Origin: a virus | Lineage: Duplodnaviria; Heunggongvirae; Uroviricota; Caudoviricetes | Virus record (IMG/VR): IMGVR_UViG_3300037423_001636 | Span: 1 to 64,000 of that record | Length of the DNA: 64,000 bases | Direction: 5' to 3' (one strand) | In this document: one piece after another, positions 29,050 through 38,980 of the stretch | Layout: every line of letters starts with the position of its first letter | How positions within the stretch are numbered: the stretch's first letter is position 1 | Notes under the pieces: generated by a model | Databases searched by the model: none | What the model saw: only the letters and a program-made list of their open reading frames with translations | Told to the model about the DNA's origin: nothing | Translations under genes and position numbers: made by a program

Positions 29050-29069
29050 ACGAAACTTAAAGGCAGCCG

Positions 29070-29504
29070 ATGAATCCAACGCGACTAGGCATTAATAAAT
29101 GCGGAACCGGCCTCTGGGCATCTGAGCCAGTTCGCCGTCAGACATACGCCGAAGTTGAGTGGGTGACTTGGGACAAGGCGAAACCGTTCACAAGTAAGCT
29201 CTCTGCCGAGGATGTAATCCGAGGTTGCAATTTGCAGGACTGTGAAGTTTTACCGCTCGCAGACCCGAATCCCCGACCGCGCCTGAGCGAAACGACTATG
29301 GACAACGATACAGCCAAGGAAGCCGACCGCCGACTTTTGCGCATGAAGGCGCTTTACCATACTTGCATGTCGCAGGCGTGCTTTCGGCGCGAAGAAGCGG
29401 CGAAGGAAACCGAGGTTGACGAAGCGACCGCACTGCGGCGCGAGGCAACCGTGTTCGAGGAGTGTGCGGGCTGGCTCAAGGCCGCAACCGACGACTGCCG
29501 CTAA
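29070..29504 (+). CDS. hypothetical protein, possibly two fused micro-genes
   Basis: internal degenerate motif followed by ATG at 29298. Confidence 0.6.
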   Translation: MNPTRLGINKCGTGLWASEPVRRQTYAEVEWVTWDKAKPFTSKLSAEDVIRGCNLQDCEVLPLADPNPRPRLSETTMDNDTAKEADRRLLRMKALYHTCMSQACFRREEAAKETEVDEATALRREATVFEECAGWLKAATDDCR

Positions 29505-29515
29505 ACGGAAAATCT

Positions 29516-29707
29516 ATGCTCAACCCAACTGCCACTCCCGAGCCTTCCGCGACTGTGCATCGCGTTCATTTCGTCATTCCCGACGCCACAGACGATCCTG
29601 AATTGGAGACGCTTTCTGTGATGATGCAGGCACTGAACTGGAAGCTTAAGGGCGACCTGCCCGCGAAGCGCCGTATCGTAGATTACCTGCGCAGCCGTCT
29701 GGAGTGA
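29516..29707 (+). CDS. hypothetical protein
   Basis: between motifs. Confidence 0.65.
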   Translation: MLNPTATPEPSATVHRVHFVIPDATDDPELETLSVMMQALNWKLKGDLPAKRRIVDYLRSRLE

Positions 29708-29727
29708 GAACAAAGAAGCGTTTTGTG

Positions 29728-30081
29728 ATGAAGACGAATCTCATTATGTCTGCGAAATCGGCGGCGGCGTTGATCGATGAGCTAATAATCGCCGCTCCGG
29801 AAATTCGTGGGGCGGGTATCTGCCGCAAGCTGCTCGCGCGCTTGGATAGATTTGACGACCGCAAGCTGAAGGCAGCTATTGCCACTACAAGCCGATTAGA
29901 ACGAAGCTCTCGGCAGAAAAGAAACGTGATGCACTACACGACACCAACCACAGACGACAACATAGACCAGCGGGTGGAAGAGTGGCACGCGATCATCCCG
30001 AGCACCGTGCCGCTCCACGAGTGGCTAGGACTGACATGGGAACAATACGCCCGCTGGGGCGAGACGAACAAGCTGGGTTGA
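29728..30081 (+). CDS. hypothetical protein, possibly two fused micro-genes
   Basis: internal GAACGAA at 29899; C-terminal LHEWLGLTWEQYARW domain. Confidence 0.6.
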   Translation: MKTNLIMSAKSAAALIDELIIAAPEIRGAGICRKLLARLDRFDDRKLKAAIATTSRLERSSRQKRNVMHYTTPTTDDNIDQRVEEWHAIIPSTVPLHEWLGLTWEQYARWGETNKLG

Positions 30082-30090
30082 ACGAAAACG

Positions 30091-30495
30091 ATGAGCGACC
30101 ACAACGAGCGCGCCTGCACCTACTGCGGAAGTTTCCTGCACCATGAATCTGCGTGCCCACAGCGCGAAAAATCTATGAGCAACACACCCCGCACTGATGC
30201 AGTTTACGCGAAGGTTCTCGAATCAAACGAGGGCCACGCTGACGACCTAATTACTCTGGTTAACTTCACTCGCGGCCTTGAGCGCGAGCTGACGGCGCAA
30301 ATCGAAGGGCACAAGCTGACGGCAAAAGAGGCGTCGGAAGCCGCCGTGCTGCGCGCCGCTGATCGCAAACTACGCGCCGCCTTGGAGGACGCGGCAAAGA
30401 GCTGGGAAAAGGAAGCCGCCGACACCAACTGGAACGGCCACATCCGCTCCACCTACGACTCGTGCGCGAAAGACCTTCGCGAATTGCTACGCTGA
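30091..30495 (+). CDS. hypothetical protein (Zn knuckle fused to MSNTPRTDA-type coiled coil)
   Basis: internal start MSNTPRTDA. Confidence 0.65.
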   Translation: MSDHNERACTYCGSFLHHESACPQREKSMSNTPRTDAVYAKVLESNEGHADDLITLVNFTRGLERELTAQIEGHKLTAKEASEAAVLRAADRKLRAALEDAAKSWEKEAADTNWNGHIRSTYDSCAKDLRELLR

Positions 30496-30504
30496 GAACG
30501 AACC

Positions 30505-30831
30505 ATGCCTACCACGAAAAAGCGGAAGCCGATTTCAAACCGGGAGCTGAACGGGCTCATGCACGACGCGATGCTGCACCAACTCCTCGACCAGCTTGGA
30601 GCGCCGAAAGAACAGAGCGGCGGCGTGCTATCGCCATTTGGCCGGCTGCGGCGAATCGCGCCGGCACTTCTCGCGGACAAGGCGCGCATGGACTGGCTCT
30701 GCAAATTCACCGAGTTCCGGTTCCGCGTCTATGACTCGAAGGAGCGGAAATTCCTCACGGAGAACTTGGCGCAGGGCGTCGTCATCCGCCCCGTCGTTGA
30801 TGCCGCGATGGCGAAGTATCCCAACCCCTGA
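30505..30831 (+). CDS. hypothetical protein with DKARMDWL...DAAM motif
   Basis: between motifs. Confidence 0.7.
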   Translation: MPTTKKRKPISNRELNGLMHDAMLHQLLDQLGAPKEQSGGVLSPFGRLRRIAPALLADKARMDWLCKFTEFRFRVYDSKERKFLTENLAQGVVIRPVVDAAMAKYPNP

Positions 30832-30839
30832 GAACGAAA

Positions 30840-30995
30840 ATGCTCTGGAAATTCATCCATAATCGCTGCTGGTTCGGATTCTGGTGGGCGTCGATTTGCT
30901 CAGCTCACTACCACAACGATTCGAAGTGCTCGCGTTGTCGGTCTGGTTATTGGACACGCACCAATTCACCGCGCCTTTTTGGGCGCAAAAGATAG
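30840..30995 (+). CDS. small Cys/Trp-rich protein (51 aa)
   Basis: translated by hand: MLWKFIHNRCWFGFWWASICSAH...C..C..G.W. Confidence 0.6.
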   Translation: MLWKFIHNRCWFGFWWASICSAHYHNDSKCSRCRSGYWTRTNSPRLFGRKR

Positions 30996-31009
30996 CGAAC
31001 GAGTCTCCC

Positions 31010-31210
31010 ATGAAAATCGACCTACTGCCGTTCACCATCCCCAACTTTGTGCGTATGGCATCGAAGCCGGGTCTGCGCCAAGAGGGATTTAAGGAATCGC
31101 CAGCGTTTCCGTTGGCTGACGTTCCAGCGGAAGACCTCGCCGCGCTCTGCGACCAATTCCGCGCCGACGTGTTTGCGAAGGCAGGCAAGCCGGACCCCGC
31201 GAAGAAATAG
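31010..31210 (+). CDS. small phage protein
   Basis: PFTIPNFV...LCDQFRADVFAKAGK.DP. Confidence 0.7.
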   Translation: MKIDLLPFTIPNFVRMASKPGLRQEGFKESPAFPLADVPAEDLAALCDQFRADVFAKAGKPDPAKK

Positions 31211-31218
31211 GCGAACGA

Positions 31219-31434
31219 ATGCACGACGCCGAACAGTTCACCTCCGCCGCGTGGCAATCACTCAAGCAGCAATGCTGCGTGAATCCAGAGACCGCCGTGC
31301 GCTGCGTCATGGTTTCCGAAGAAGCCTTTCGCGCAGCTATGGAAAAGGTTCTCCGCGAACGCGCGGACTCTAATGAGGAAGAGTGCGGAGGTAGAAGGCC
31401 GCCTGCCAAAGGAAACGAAGGACAGGTGGATTGA
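31219..31434 (+). CDS. hypothetical protein
   Basis: last gene of array 2. Confidence 0.55.
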   Translation: MHDAEQFTSAAWQSLKQQCCVNPETAVRCVMVSEEAFRAAMEKVLRERADSNEEECGGRRPPAKGNEGQVD

Positions 31435-31545
31435 GTGGTGCCGCAGTGAGCGCGAGACTCCAGATTAGAATAGATTAGAATAAAATGGAATAGGGACAAC
31501 TCCCTATAGCATTCTAACGCAACATTCTGATAGACTGAACGTCTA

Positions 31546-31908
31546 ATGAACCAAGAACGACGCAATTCGCTTACGAATGCCGAAAAAGCCCTCGACAAGC
31601 TCCTCTCCCCAGAAGTGCTGGCAGCAATCGCGCTCGTACAGAATACGGCTGAAAAGCTGACCGAGTTGAAAGACAGTGTGTCCGAAATCCGCGACGCAGA
31701 GCAGGAGTCATATGATAACATGCCTGAGTCCCTGCAACAGACCGAACGCGGCCAAAATTCGTCGTCCGCCATTGAGGCGCTAGACGAAGCAGTGGACGAA
31801 CTCGACAATGCTGAAACCAGCTTGCAAAGTCTTGCCGCAACACTGGACGAAGTGCGAGAAAAGATCGATCAAGCAGTCGGGGCATTGTCGAATGCGGGCT
31901 CTTACTGA
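31546..31908 (+). CDS. helical-bundle phage protein
   Basis: EQESYDNMPESLQ..ERG; boxed promoter. Confidence 0.75.
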   Translation: MNQERRNSLTNAEKALDKLLSPEVLAAIALVQNTAEKLTELKDSVSEIRDAEQESYDNMPESLQQTERGQNSSSAIEALDEAVDELDNAETSLQSLAATLDEVREKIDQAVGALSNAGSY

Positions 31909-31925
31909 TTCAGAGAATTTCTTAC

Positions 31926-32408
31926 ATGAAACCATTCCTAGTCAGAACCACTGAAGACTGGCAAGACCTCCCAGCCGGCTCTGGCGTGTGGGTGGAGCGC
32001 ATCAACAAACGCACTTACCGAGGCACATGGTCCTACAACGCCGCCAGTATGCTCGTTACCATCCCTAAGAACATCTGCGAGCGGCCACGTGATGCGCGCA
32101 AGCGTGTTCCGAAACACGTACCCCGCATCGTGGAAGACATTCGGGATCAAAAAACAGGGCAACGCCCGCTGATCCGCCGCTGTTTATGCAAGCACCTGAA
32201 CGGTACGTGGAGTTGGAATGCGATCGTATTTCAGAATGCTCCGGTCAGCCGCGCCATGACCAATCGCGGGTTTATCGAACTGGCATGCTGTCGCATCGAG
32301 CCTCGAAACGCAGACTCTACGCATGACACAAAAGCCGAAGCTGAGAAAGAGCTGAATCGTGTGCTTAAAGTCCTCGGTCTACACAAAGCTGCGGCTCCGG
32401 CCCCGTGA
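31926..32408 (+). CDS. hypothetical protein
   Basis: 160 aa ORF. Confidence 0.6.
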   Translation: MKPFLVRTTEDWQDLPAGSGVWVERINKRTYRGTWSYNAASMLVTIPKNICERPRDARKRVPKHVPRIVEDIRDQKTGQRPLIRRCLCKHLNGTWSWNAIVFQNAPVSRAMTNRGFIELACCRIEPRNADSTHDTKAEAEKELNRVLKVLGLHKAAAPAP

Positions 32409-32749
32409 AGACTTCGACCACTAACGACCGCGGCGAAATCGTAAACGGTCATCTATTGTTGACTGGTAGTGATACCGTCATATTCCTTCCCCACCGCGAT
32501 AGGTTTGGACCGAATCGGATTGCCTTTCAATCTGCTGAAATCAAGATAAGTAACGAAGCGATTACCGTGCTTGGTTACATCAATACGGGGGATAGAGATT
32601 CTGAAGGCAGAGAGCTATTCATTCGAGTGGAAAAAGCGTTCTATCTGCCATCCACAAAAGACTGAGGCCCAACGACAGCGGGCCGGCGGCAAGCATTTGG
32701 GGTATTTCCCCTATGGACAAGTAGGTCTGGAACTGATAGGATGTTGCGC

Positions 32750-33100
32750 ATGAAGACTACTTCACTTATCCGCCCCGCATCGCTCATCCGAGGTCTGCTG
32801 CTCGCCGCAATCCTCTGCGCATCATCTGTTTGCCCCAGCGCCCGCGCCCTGCCAAGCGAGCCATTACCAGAGATCGTATCTGCAACATCAACGAATATCA
32901 TCTTCTACGTCTACGGACTGTTCTATGGCCGGGATGTGGGTGACGCGTATACCGCGCAGCATATACGCACGAAGCGCGATTTGGCTCGCGGCTATCGTGA
33001 TATTGCTCGGATGTTCATGGATTCTGGACCAGCGTTCTCCTATTTCTGGGGCGTGGCCGACGGGCTGGACGAGGCAGCGAACCTGCGGGGGGAGCCCTGA
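32750..33100 (+). CDS. secreted hypothetical protein (leaderless)
   Basis: signal peptide ending in ARA; boxed promoter. Confidence 0.65.
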   Translation: MKTTSLIRPASLIRGLLLAAILCASSVCPSARALPSEPLPEIVSATSTNIIFYVYGLFYGRDVGDAYTAQHIRTKRDLARGYRDIARMFMDSGPAFSYFWGVADGLDEAANLRGEP

Positions 33101-33160
33101 CGCTGGCATAGGGACTGAACCCTATTGCACTTCTCTGATAGACTCTGGTAGAGTGGTTAC

Positions 33161-33928
33161 ATGAATTCAGAATCATCACCGTTCTATCGAATCCCCGCCG
33201 TAACCGTAGAATTGTGCCACTACGGAGGCAATTCCAAAGAGCTGGTTACGAAACACGATGAACAGCTCGCGGCCCGCAAGCAGGCGTTGATTGATCTGTT
33301 CACTGAACTATTCCCCGCTCCCACAAGCGTTGGGTTCAGCCACGATAAATGGAACATCTATCCTTGGATCGCGCTCCCCGGCTATCGAGTCAATATAGAC
33401 GAAACAAATCACGGCTATCTGCGGCTGACAGTCCGTTGGAGTTTCCACCGCTCCAACTCCACGATAAGGAAGATTAAACTCGTGCGCGAAGGTCAGGGCG
33501 ATCTGCTGGACAAGCTGAAGTTGAATAAGGCTGTCAGCGACATCATGGCGCAGTGGGAAGAGAAGGCGCAGCGGGAGAAGGCGGCGCGCACCACAGAGGA
33601 ACGCAGAAAGACCGCGGCGGCAGAACAATTCGCGATCACACGCCTCCAACTAAGCCTAGATGGAGTGCGATTCGACGAGGTTGAGGAGAAGGAGTTGCTG
33701 CCGACTCAAGGCGACATTCTACTGACCGATAACGCCCACGGCCCCCGTATCCATGTGGCGGGAAACACATGCTACCTCCTGCTGGCGAAGCACCCTTTTG
33801 ACGACGCACATCAGATTCCATTAAACACGGTCCACGAATTCATCGAGCTGTTTAAGCGGGCGGAACAATGGCTCAAGCAGGAGATCGCCGCCAAAGCAGA
33901 CGCTGAGGGGCAAAGCTCCGCAAAATGA
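33161..33928 (+). CDS. hypothetical protein (leaderless)
   Basis: runs from one box to the next. Confidence 0.75.
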   Translation: MNSESSPFYRIPAVTVELCHYGGNSKELVTKHDEQLAARKQALIDLFTELFPAPTSVGFSHDKWNIYPWIALPGYRVNIDETNHGYLRLTVRWSFHRSNSTIRKIKLVREGQGDLLDKLKLNKAVSDIMAQWEEKAQREKAARTTEERRKTAAAEQFAITRLQLSLDGVRFDEVEEKELLPTQGDILLTDNAHGPRIHVAGNTCYLLLAKHPFDDAHQIPLNTVHEFIELFKRAEQWLKQEIAAKADAEGQSSAK

Positions 33929-33977
33929 GGGGTATGCCTCATAGACTTAGCACACATCACTCTGCTATATTGTCACC

Positions 33978-34376
33978 ATGAATCAGCCTGCTAATCCTCT
34001 CACCCTCACATCAGCCAACGTCGAAGCCATCTTCCTCGACTGTCTATTTAAACCCGAAGAAGATACGTCGAATCATGTTGTTGGTGAAGGCGTGATGCAA
34101 AACTTCGGCTTCCACCCCGTCCGGCTCGAATCGCACAAGGACGAGATCAAGACTCTTCTCCATCAGCTCAACGACGCATTCCTCGTTAGTAAGGGCGGCG
34201 GCTGGTCGTTCTTGCAGGCATGTGTGACGAAAGACGGCAAGCACTGGGGAGAACACATGAACGTGGAACAGCTCATGGCGTTAGGAATCGCAACAAATCA
34301 GGCTAAATTGCTTATGCCGCGAGAATTATGGAACATCATGCCCGGCGGCATGCCCTATTTCTCCGTGATGGATTGA
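33978..34376 (+). CDS. conserved phage protein
   Basis: FGFHP.RLE, GGGWSFLQAC, PGGMPY. Confidence 0.8.
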   Translation: MNQPANPLTLTSANVEAIFLDCLFKPEEDTSNHVVGEGVMQNFGFHPVRLESHKDEIKTLLHQLNDAFLVSKGGGWSFLQACVTKDGKHWGEHMNVEQLMALGIATNQAKLLMPRELWNIMPGGMPYFSVMD

Positions 34377-34696
34377 GAAATACCCTTCACCCCTATGCCG
34401 ATCAACCAACAGAAATCCGCTCTCGCCCGAGCTGACCGCTATACGCGTGAAGCACTGGACGCCATCCGCACGGGAAAGGGCACGGCGGAAGGTCTTTTGA
34501 TGAACGCGCTTGGCGCGCTGAATTTCGCCGGGAATAGTCAGCAGAAGCTGATTGATGCGTGTGAAGCCGTAATCTCTGCCGCGAACCGAGAGACAATCGT
34601 GGCCGGCAAACACAAACTGACGGAGGGAAATGTACTCATTCAGACGGTGAAAGATGCCGTCGCCCACGCCAGCGGCCCCGGTATAGACTGATCACC

Positions 34697-35011
34697 ATGC
34701 GCTTCATCCATTCCAGCCGCCCGAGCAACGCCAACGCCGTCGTATACGAGCTTGAATTCCCCCGCTTCTCAGGCGGCGTCAGCTCGGCTTGGAACACGGA
34801 CAGAGTGTGGCGTTACACTGCGGACAAAACGCAGCTCAAACCCCGTGTAACCATACGAGCCGATACTTCCGAGATATATGGAGACGGCTCCATCAAAACG
34901 CTGCTCATCGAAATGACCCCAAAGGAAGCGGAAGAAATGGCGGCTAGCCTGCTCGACATGGCGAAATCGGCGCGAGAGACGGCGGCAAAGAATGGCGTGC
35001 CAGTAGAATGA
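34697..35011 (+). CDS. hypothetical protein
   Basis: stop is first triplet of box at 35009. Confidence 0.65.
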   Translation: MRFIHSSRPSNANAVVYELEFPRFSGGVSSAWNTDRVWRYTADKTQLKPRVTIRADTSEIYGDGSIKTLLIEMTPKEAEEMAASLLDMAKSARETAAKNGVPVE

Positions 35012-35060
35012 GGCAAGCACCCTATAGACTATCCACTCACAATCTGCTATAGTCTTTCCC

Positions 35061-35549
35061 ATGATCAAATCCTCTTACTACTCCCGCCGATTTCACTGCG
35101 CTTACCTCTACCCGGATGGCCACGCGGTCATCGTGTATGAGAAGCACGACAACGACGCTGGTGAGGTTCAATTCGTCGAGATTCACGAGCGATTCTTCAC
35201 TCATGCGAAATTCCTGCATTTCAAGGGTCGCATCGTCTGCTCCAAGCTGGGGCTCGTGAACCTCATGCAAGATGCGGTTGCTATTGAGGCAACTGGCCCG
35301 CGAATTGAGGACGGCACGCAGAAGACGATCGCCATGGGGATTCCCGTTTCCACCCTGAATGTCCAGACCAAGGGTGGCACCCTTCACTTCTACGATCTAC
35401 ACGGGCTCTGGAGTGGAGACTTCACCTACCAGCCCGGCGACACGTATGCAGAGACGTTTCGCCCCGACATTCTCGCCACCACGTCAGTCTGGGGAACTCA
35501 CCATATCGCACGTGTTGTGCCGGCCAAGGCCGTCACAGTGTCTGTCTAG
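35061..35549 (+). CDS. hypothetical protein (leaderless)
   Basis: TATAGT-7 nt-ATG. Confidence 0.75.
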   Translation: MIKSSYYSRRFHCAYLYPDGHAVIVYEKHDNDAGEVQFVEIHERFFTHAKFLHFKGRIVCSKLGLVNLMQDAVAIEATGPRIEDGTQKTIAMGIPVSTLNVQTKGGTLHFYDLHGLWSGDFTYQPGDTYAETFRPDILATTSVWGTHHIARVVPAKAVTVSV

Positions 35550-35833
35550 CCAGACACGCCCCGGATTCGCAGAATTTCAATGAGCACAAATACCCTACAG
35601 CCGCCGAGCGCAACTCGTCCTCCCTACACCGGGATGAACGCAGCTGACTTGCGAAAAGCCTTGAAACAGGAGATTCGCTGGTTTCAGTCCATCCCCCAAA
35701 AGGGCTCATTCAGTGGGCTCGAATCGGCAAAACGTCTGGATCAGATTCAACAAGAGCTAACCCGCCGCCGCCTACGGTTCACACCCTTCGTGGCTGAGGT
35801 CAAGGTTGAGGTTGGTTGATTTCACCAATTCCC

Positions 35834-36328
35834 ATGAACAATCGCAAGAATCAAACTCAATGCTCTGTCTGTGGCGGAAAAGACCTCTCCGCTGAAGAGC
35901 TGGCTGCCCGACTCAAGCTGATCGAGGAGTGGCAGGCCAAACAGATGGAAGACTATGGATTCTACATTCATTTGGTCCCCGATTCCTTTCCAGATCGTCG
36001 GCTTATCAACGCGCATACGCACGGACTACAGTCATTCGGGCACTTAGACCTTCAGCTTGTGCTCAATATCGGCGAGCAGAATATCAAGGGTATTTTCCAT
36101 CGATGTGTTGAGCTGATCAAACAAGGTCGGCAATTCGGCCGAATGGACAACGGCCATTGCATCGACGAGTCTGAGATCGCGCACGGGTATCTAACCCGAT
36201 TCATTTCGGCAATCGAGGACGATCGTCCCGTCTGGCGATTGGTCGTCCCGGACAAAGCGGGAAATCTGGATGAGAACAAGCTTGCGGAGCCGTATTCTCT
36301 GCAATATCGGTTTAGGATGGGTGAATAG
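35834..36328 (+). CDS. DUF4262-like protein
   Basis: HTHGL..FGH.DLQ...PD..G. Confidence 0.55.
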   Translation: MNNRKNQTQCSVCGGKDLSAEELAARLKLIEEWQAKQMEDYGFYIHLVPDSFPDRRLINAHTHGLQSFGHLDLQLVLNIGEQNIKGIFHRCVELIKQGRQFGRMDNGHCIDESEIAHGYLTRFISAIEDDRPVWRLVVPDKAGNLDENKLAEPYSLQYRFRMGE

Positions 36329-36423
36329 AGAGAGGAGCCGTCTGCACAACAGACCGCGCCGCAGGCGCTAAATGAGGTATACACCTCATAGACTCTGCGC
36401 CGAAAATCTGCTAGAGTGGTGGG

Positions 36424-36585
36424 ATGAAACGGATTGCTCTACGCAGCACTCATTCCCGCCGGCACCCCCAGACCGGGGCCGTCTTCCTCGCGACGACCCT
36501 CATTAGCGTTCCGGTCTATTTCGCAAGTGGAATCATCACAGCGGTCCTGTGGGTACTCCTTTTCTTTCTCGCTATCTTCGGCTAA
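36424..36585 (+). CDS. small membrane protein (53 aa, leaderless)
   Basis: translated by hand; ATG 51 nt after box at 36373. Confidence 0.65.
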   Translation: MKRIALRSTHSRRHPQTGAVFLATTLISVPVYFASGIITAVLWVLLFFLAIFG

Positions 36586-36619
36586 ACTCAATACCCAACT
36601 CTCTACCCTATTCCATCCC

Positions 36620-37003
36620 ATGCACACGATCCCCCCTATCGTCACGAAAGCAGCCAACGCTACGGCACACGCCGCAGTGAACACGGCCTTGCATCCGATT
36701 CAATCCACGGCGGCCGGCATCCATCAGATCAACGAGCTGCGCAAGCGCAACCGCCACTTCATTGTTGGCGCAGTCTTCATGGTTAGTGGGAGCGCGTTCG
36801 GCAGGTTCGGTCCGATCTTTATCTCCAGCGCCACGGGCCATTTGTTTGTGGATGTTGTGGCCTATCTGGTGCACGGCATCGGCACGGCACCTTTCGCGTA
36901 TCATATCATCCGTCGTTTTGCGTTAGAACCGCAGGCAGAGAAGAAGGTGCATCGCTCGCACAAGCGGAAGACGCATGAAGTTCATGCTGGCGAGGGAATC
37001 TAA
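36620..37003 (+). CDS. membrane protein
   Basis: two hydrophobic segments. Confidence 0.65.
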   Translation: MHTIPPIVTKAANATAHAAVNTALHPIQSTAAGIHQINELRKRNRHFIVGAVFMVSGSAFGRFGPIFISSATGHLFVDVVAYLVHGIGTAPFAYHIIRRFALEPQAEKKVHRSHKRKTHEVHAGEGI

Positions 37004-37541
37004 TGCACTCTGAAATCGAAGCTGGTAAGCGCACGGGAACGACCCTAATCATCACGATCGGGATTGCGGATGCTCGTGCCTACACTGCCGCCAAGATTCG
37101 TCGGGCGCGGCGCTGGAAGACGAAGGATGAATTCTGGTTCTGGATCGGCGCGGCTTACGCCTGCCGGATGCATCGGATGCATATGCAAGCGGAGAATGCG
37201 GCTCGAAATGAGTTGATCTCCTCATTGCATTCGCGCCGGTTAGCGTGCTAGACTGTTCACGCTATGAATAATCCCATCCGAATCATCTGCGTCATCGAAG
37301 GCGGCATCCCAACGTTCTTTTCGTCCGAATCTACGGGGGTAAACATCACCGTGCTGGACAATGACCAGCGGGCAATAGGAGAGTTGAACGAACAGGAGTG
37401 CGAGCAAATCGAACGACAAATACAGACACTCACGGAAATAGTCTTCGACGAACCGGCCCGTGCCGACGAGGGCGGGGATGACGAGTAATCCCTTTCACAA
37501 CCCACACCCAACTTTATTCACAACCCTCAATCACTACACAA

Positions 37542-38015
37542 ATGGGCTTAGACATGTACCTTTCTGCTTCCCGCTACCTCGCCGGCTGGGAACACGCAAA
37601 TGCCGCTGAACAGGCTATATTCAACGCTGTCCGCGAAGCCGCGGGGCTCGAAGCGGGTGACATCACTTCAGAATCACCATCCGGCGACATCTCGTTCAAC
37701 GTTTGCTACTGGCGCAAGGCGAATCACATCCACGCGTGGTTCGTGAAGAACTGTCAGAACGGCAAGGACGAGTGTCAAAGGTCCTCTGTGTCCCGCAAAC
37801 AGTTGGGGGAGCTGGCCGGACTTTGTGAGACGGTCTGCAAGGATCATTCCAAGGCGGCAGAGCTACTGCCAACGCAACGTGGATTCTTCTTCGGCGGGAC
37901 GGAATACGATGAATACTATTTCAAGGATTGCGAGTGGACCGCAAAGGCTCTGCGCGGCATCCTATCCAATCCCCGGCTAGAGGGATGGACGTTCATATAT
38001 CAGGCGAGCTGGTGA
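37542..38015 (+). CDS. conserved phage protein (MGLDMYL family)
   Basis: MGLDMYL, YWRKANHIH.WF, GFFFG...YDE.Y, Y.ASW. Confidence 0.85.
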   Translation: MGLDMYLSASRYLAGWEHANAAEQAIFNAVREAAGLEAGDITSESPSGDISFNVCYWRKANHIHAWFVKNCQNGKDECQRSSVSRKQLGELAGLCETVCKDHSKAAELLPTQRGFFFGGTEYDEYYFKDCEWTAKALRGILSNPRLEGWTFIYQASW

Positions 38016-38351
38016 TAATCCTACGGATTCTCAATCAATCATGAAAACTGTCTGGATCGCCTCCCTGTCCAATATGCCTCTGTTCGTGTTTAATCAGAAA
38101 CCGACAAAGGCCGATCTTAGGGAACAGTTCAATTTGTTTATGAGGTTCGCTGAGCCAGTGACCCACAAACTGGATTGGAGCGTAAAAGAGGTTCCGGTGA
38201 TTGAATTGCCGCCACGTCGGGCATTGCGCCGGGTCAAGCCCGGCAAATGAGGAGCATTCCCTATTGCGCAAACAGCACCTATCTGCTATATTCACTCTCG
38301 CAATGAAACAGATCAACCACACTCAATCGACTCTCTGAGCCACACACTACA

Positions 38352-38930
38352 ATGGGCACTCGCGGATCAATTGGTTTTCGCATCGACGGCAAGGACTATC
38401 TCGCCTACAATCATTCTGATTCCTATCCCTCCGGGCTCGGCACCGAATTCGTAGCTGAGGTCAAGAAACTGATCAAGGACAAAAAGCTCGCGGAGAAAGT
38501 CCGCGCCATTCGCCTTGTGAAAAGGGGCGACAAGCCCACCCCCGCCGACGTGGAGAAGCTGAAACCCTATACCGATCTGGGCGTCGGCAACCAAAGCACG
38601 TCCGACTGGTATTGTCTGCTCCGCAACGCGCAAGGCAGTCTGAAAGCGACGATTGATTCGGGCTACATACTGGACAACGCCACATTCATCCACGATTCCC
38701 TGTTCTGCGAGTACGCTTACATCTTGAATCTCGACACCGGCAACGTGGAGTTCTACAAGGGATTCAACAAGGACCGGAAAGCCGCGGGGCGCTACGCCGC
38801 GATCGAATCGAAAGACCGGGATGGCAAGTTCGAAGAATACTGCGGTTGCGTTCTCGCGGCCGAATTCCCGGCCAATGCAATCCCAAAAGACTGGGAAAAG
38901 AAAGCGTTCCCACCGGAGAAGGACGAATGA
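38352..38930 (+). CDS. MGTR-family phage protein
   Basis: MGTRG, D.YPSG.G, DSLFCEYAY..NLD. Confidence 0.8.
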   Translation: MGTRGSIGFRIDGKDYLAYNHSDSYPSGLGTEFVAEVKKLIKDKKLAEKVRAIRLVKRGDKPTPADVEKLKPYTDLGVGNQSTSDWYCLLRNAQGSLKATIDSGYILDNATFIHDSLFCEYAYILNLDTGNVEFYKGFNKDRKAAGRYAAIESKDRDGKFEEYCGCVLAAEFPANAIPKDWEKKAFPPEKDE

Positions 38931-38980
38931 GGGTTTTTCTCACTACGTTACAGCTATTAACCTGATAGATTCTTTCATTT

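Larger units (their letters stand above)
28198..31219 (+). repeat. Micro-gene array 2 with GAACGAA junction motif
   Basis: exact motif at 28198, 28444, 28613, 28793, 29048, 29899, 30080, 30496, 30832, 31213; variants at 29708, 30997; degenerate near 29285, 29503, 30163. Confidence 0.85.

Noticed and set aside
28198-31219. GAACGAA as a Shine-Dalgarno sequence, or as complete integron attC sites
   Set aside because: Not complementary to the anti-SD and spacing to ATG varies widely; no attC hairpin or GTTRRRY partner and no integrase in the window
31462-31491. Tandem AGATTAGAAT repeat upstream of a box
   Set aside because: Only two exact copies; likely slippage or an AT-rich UP element
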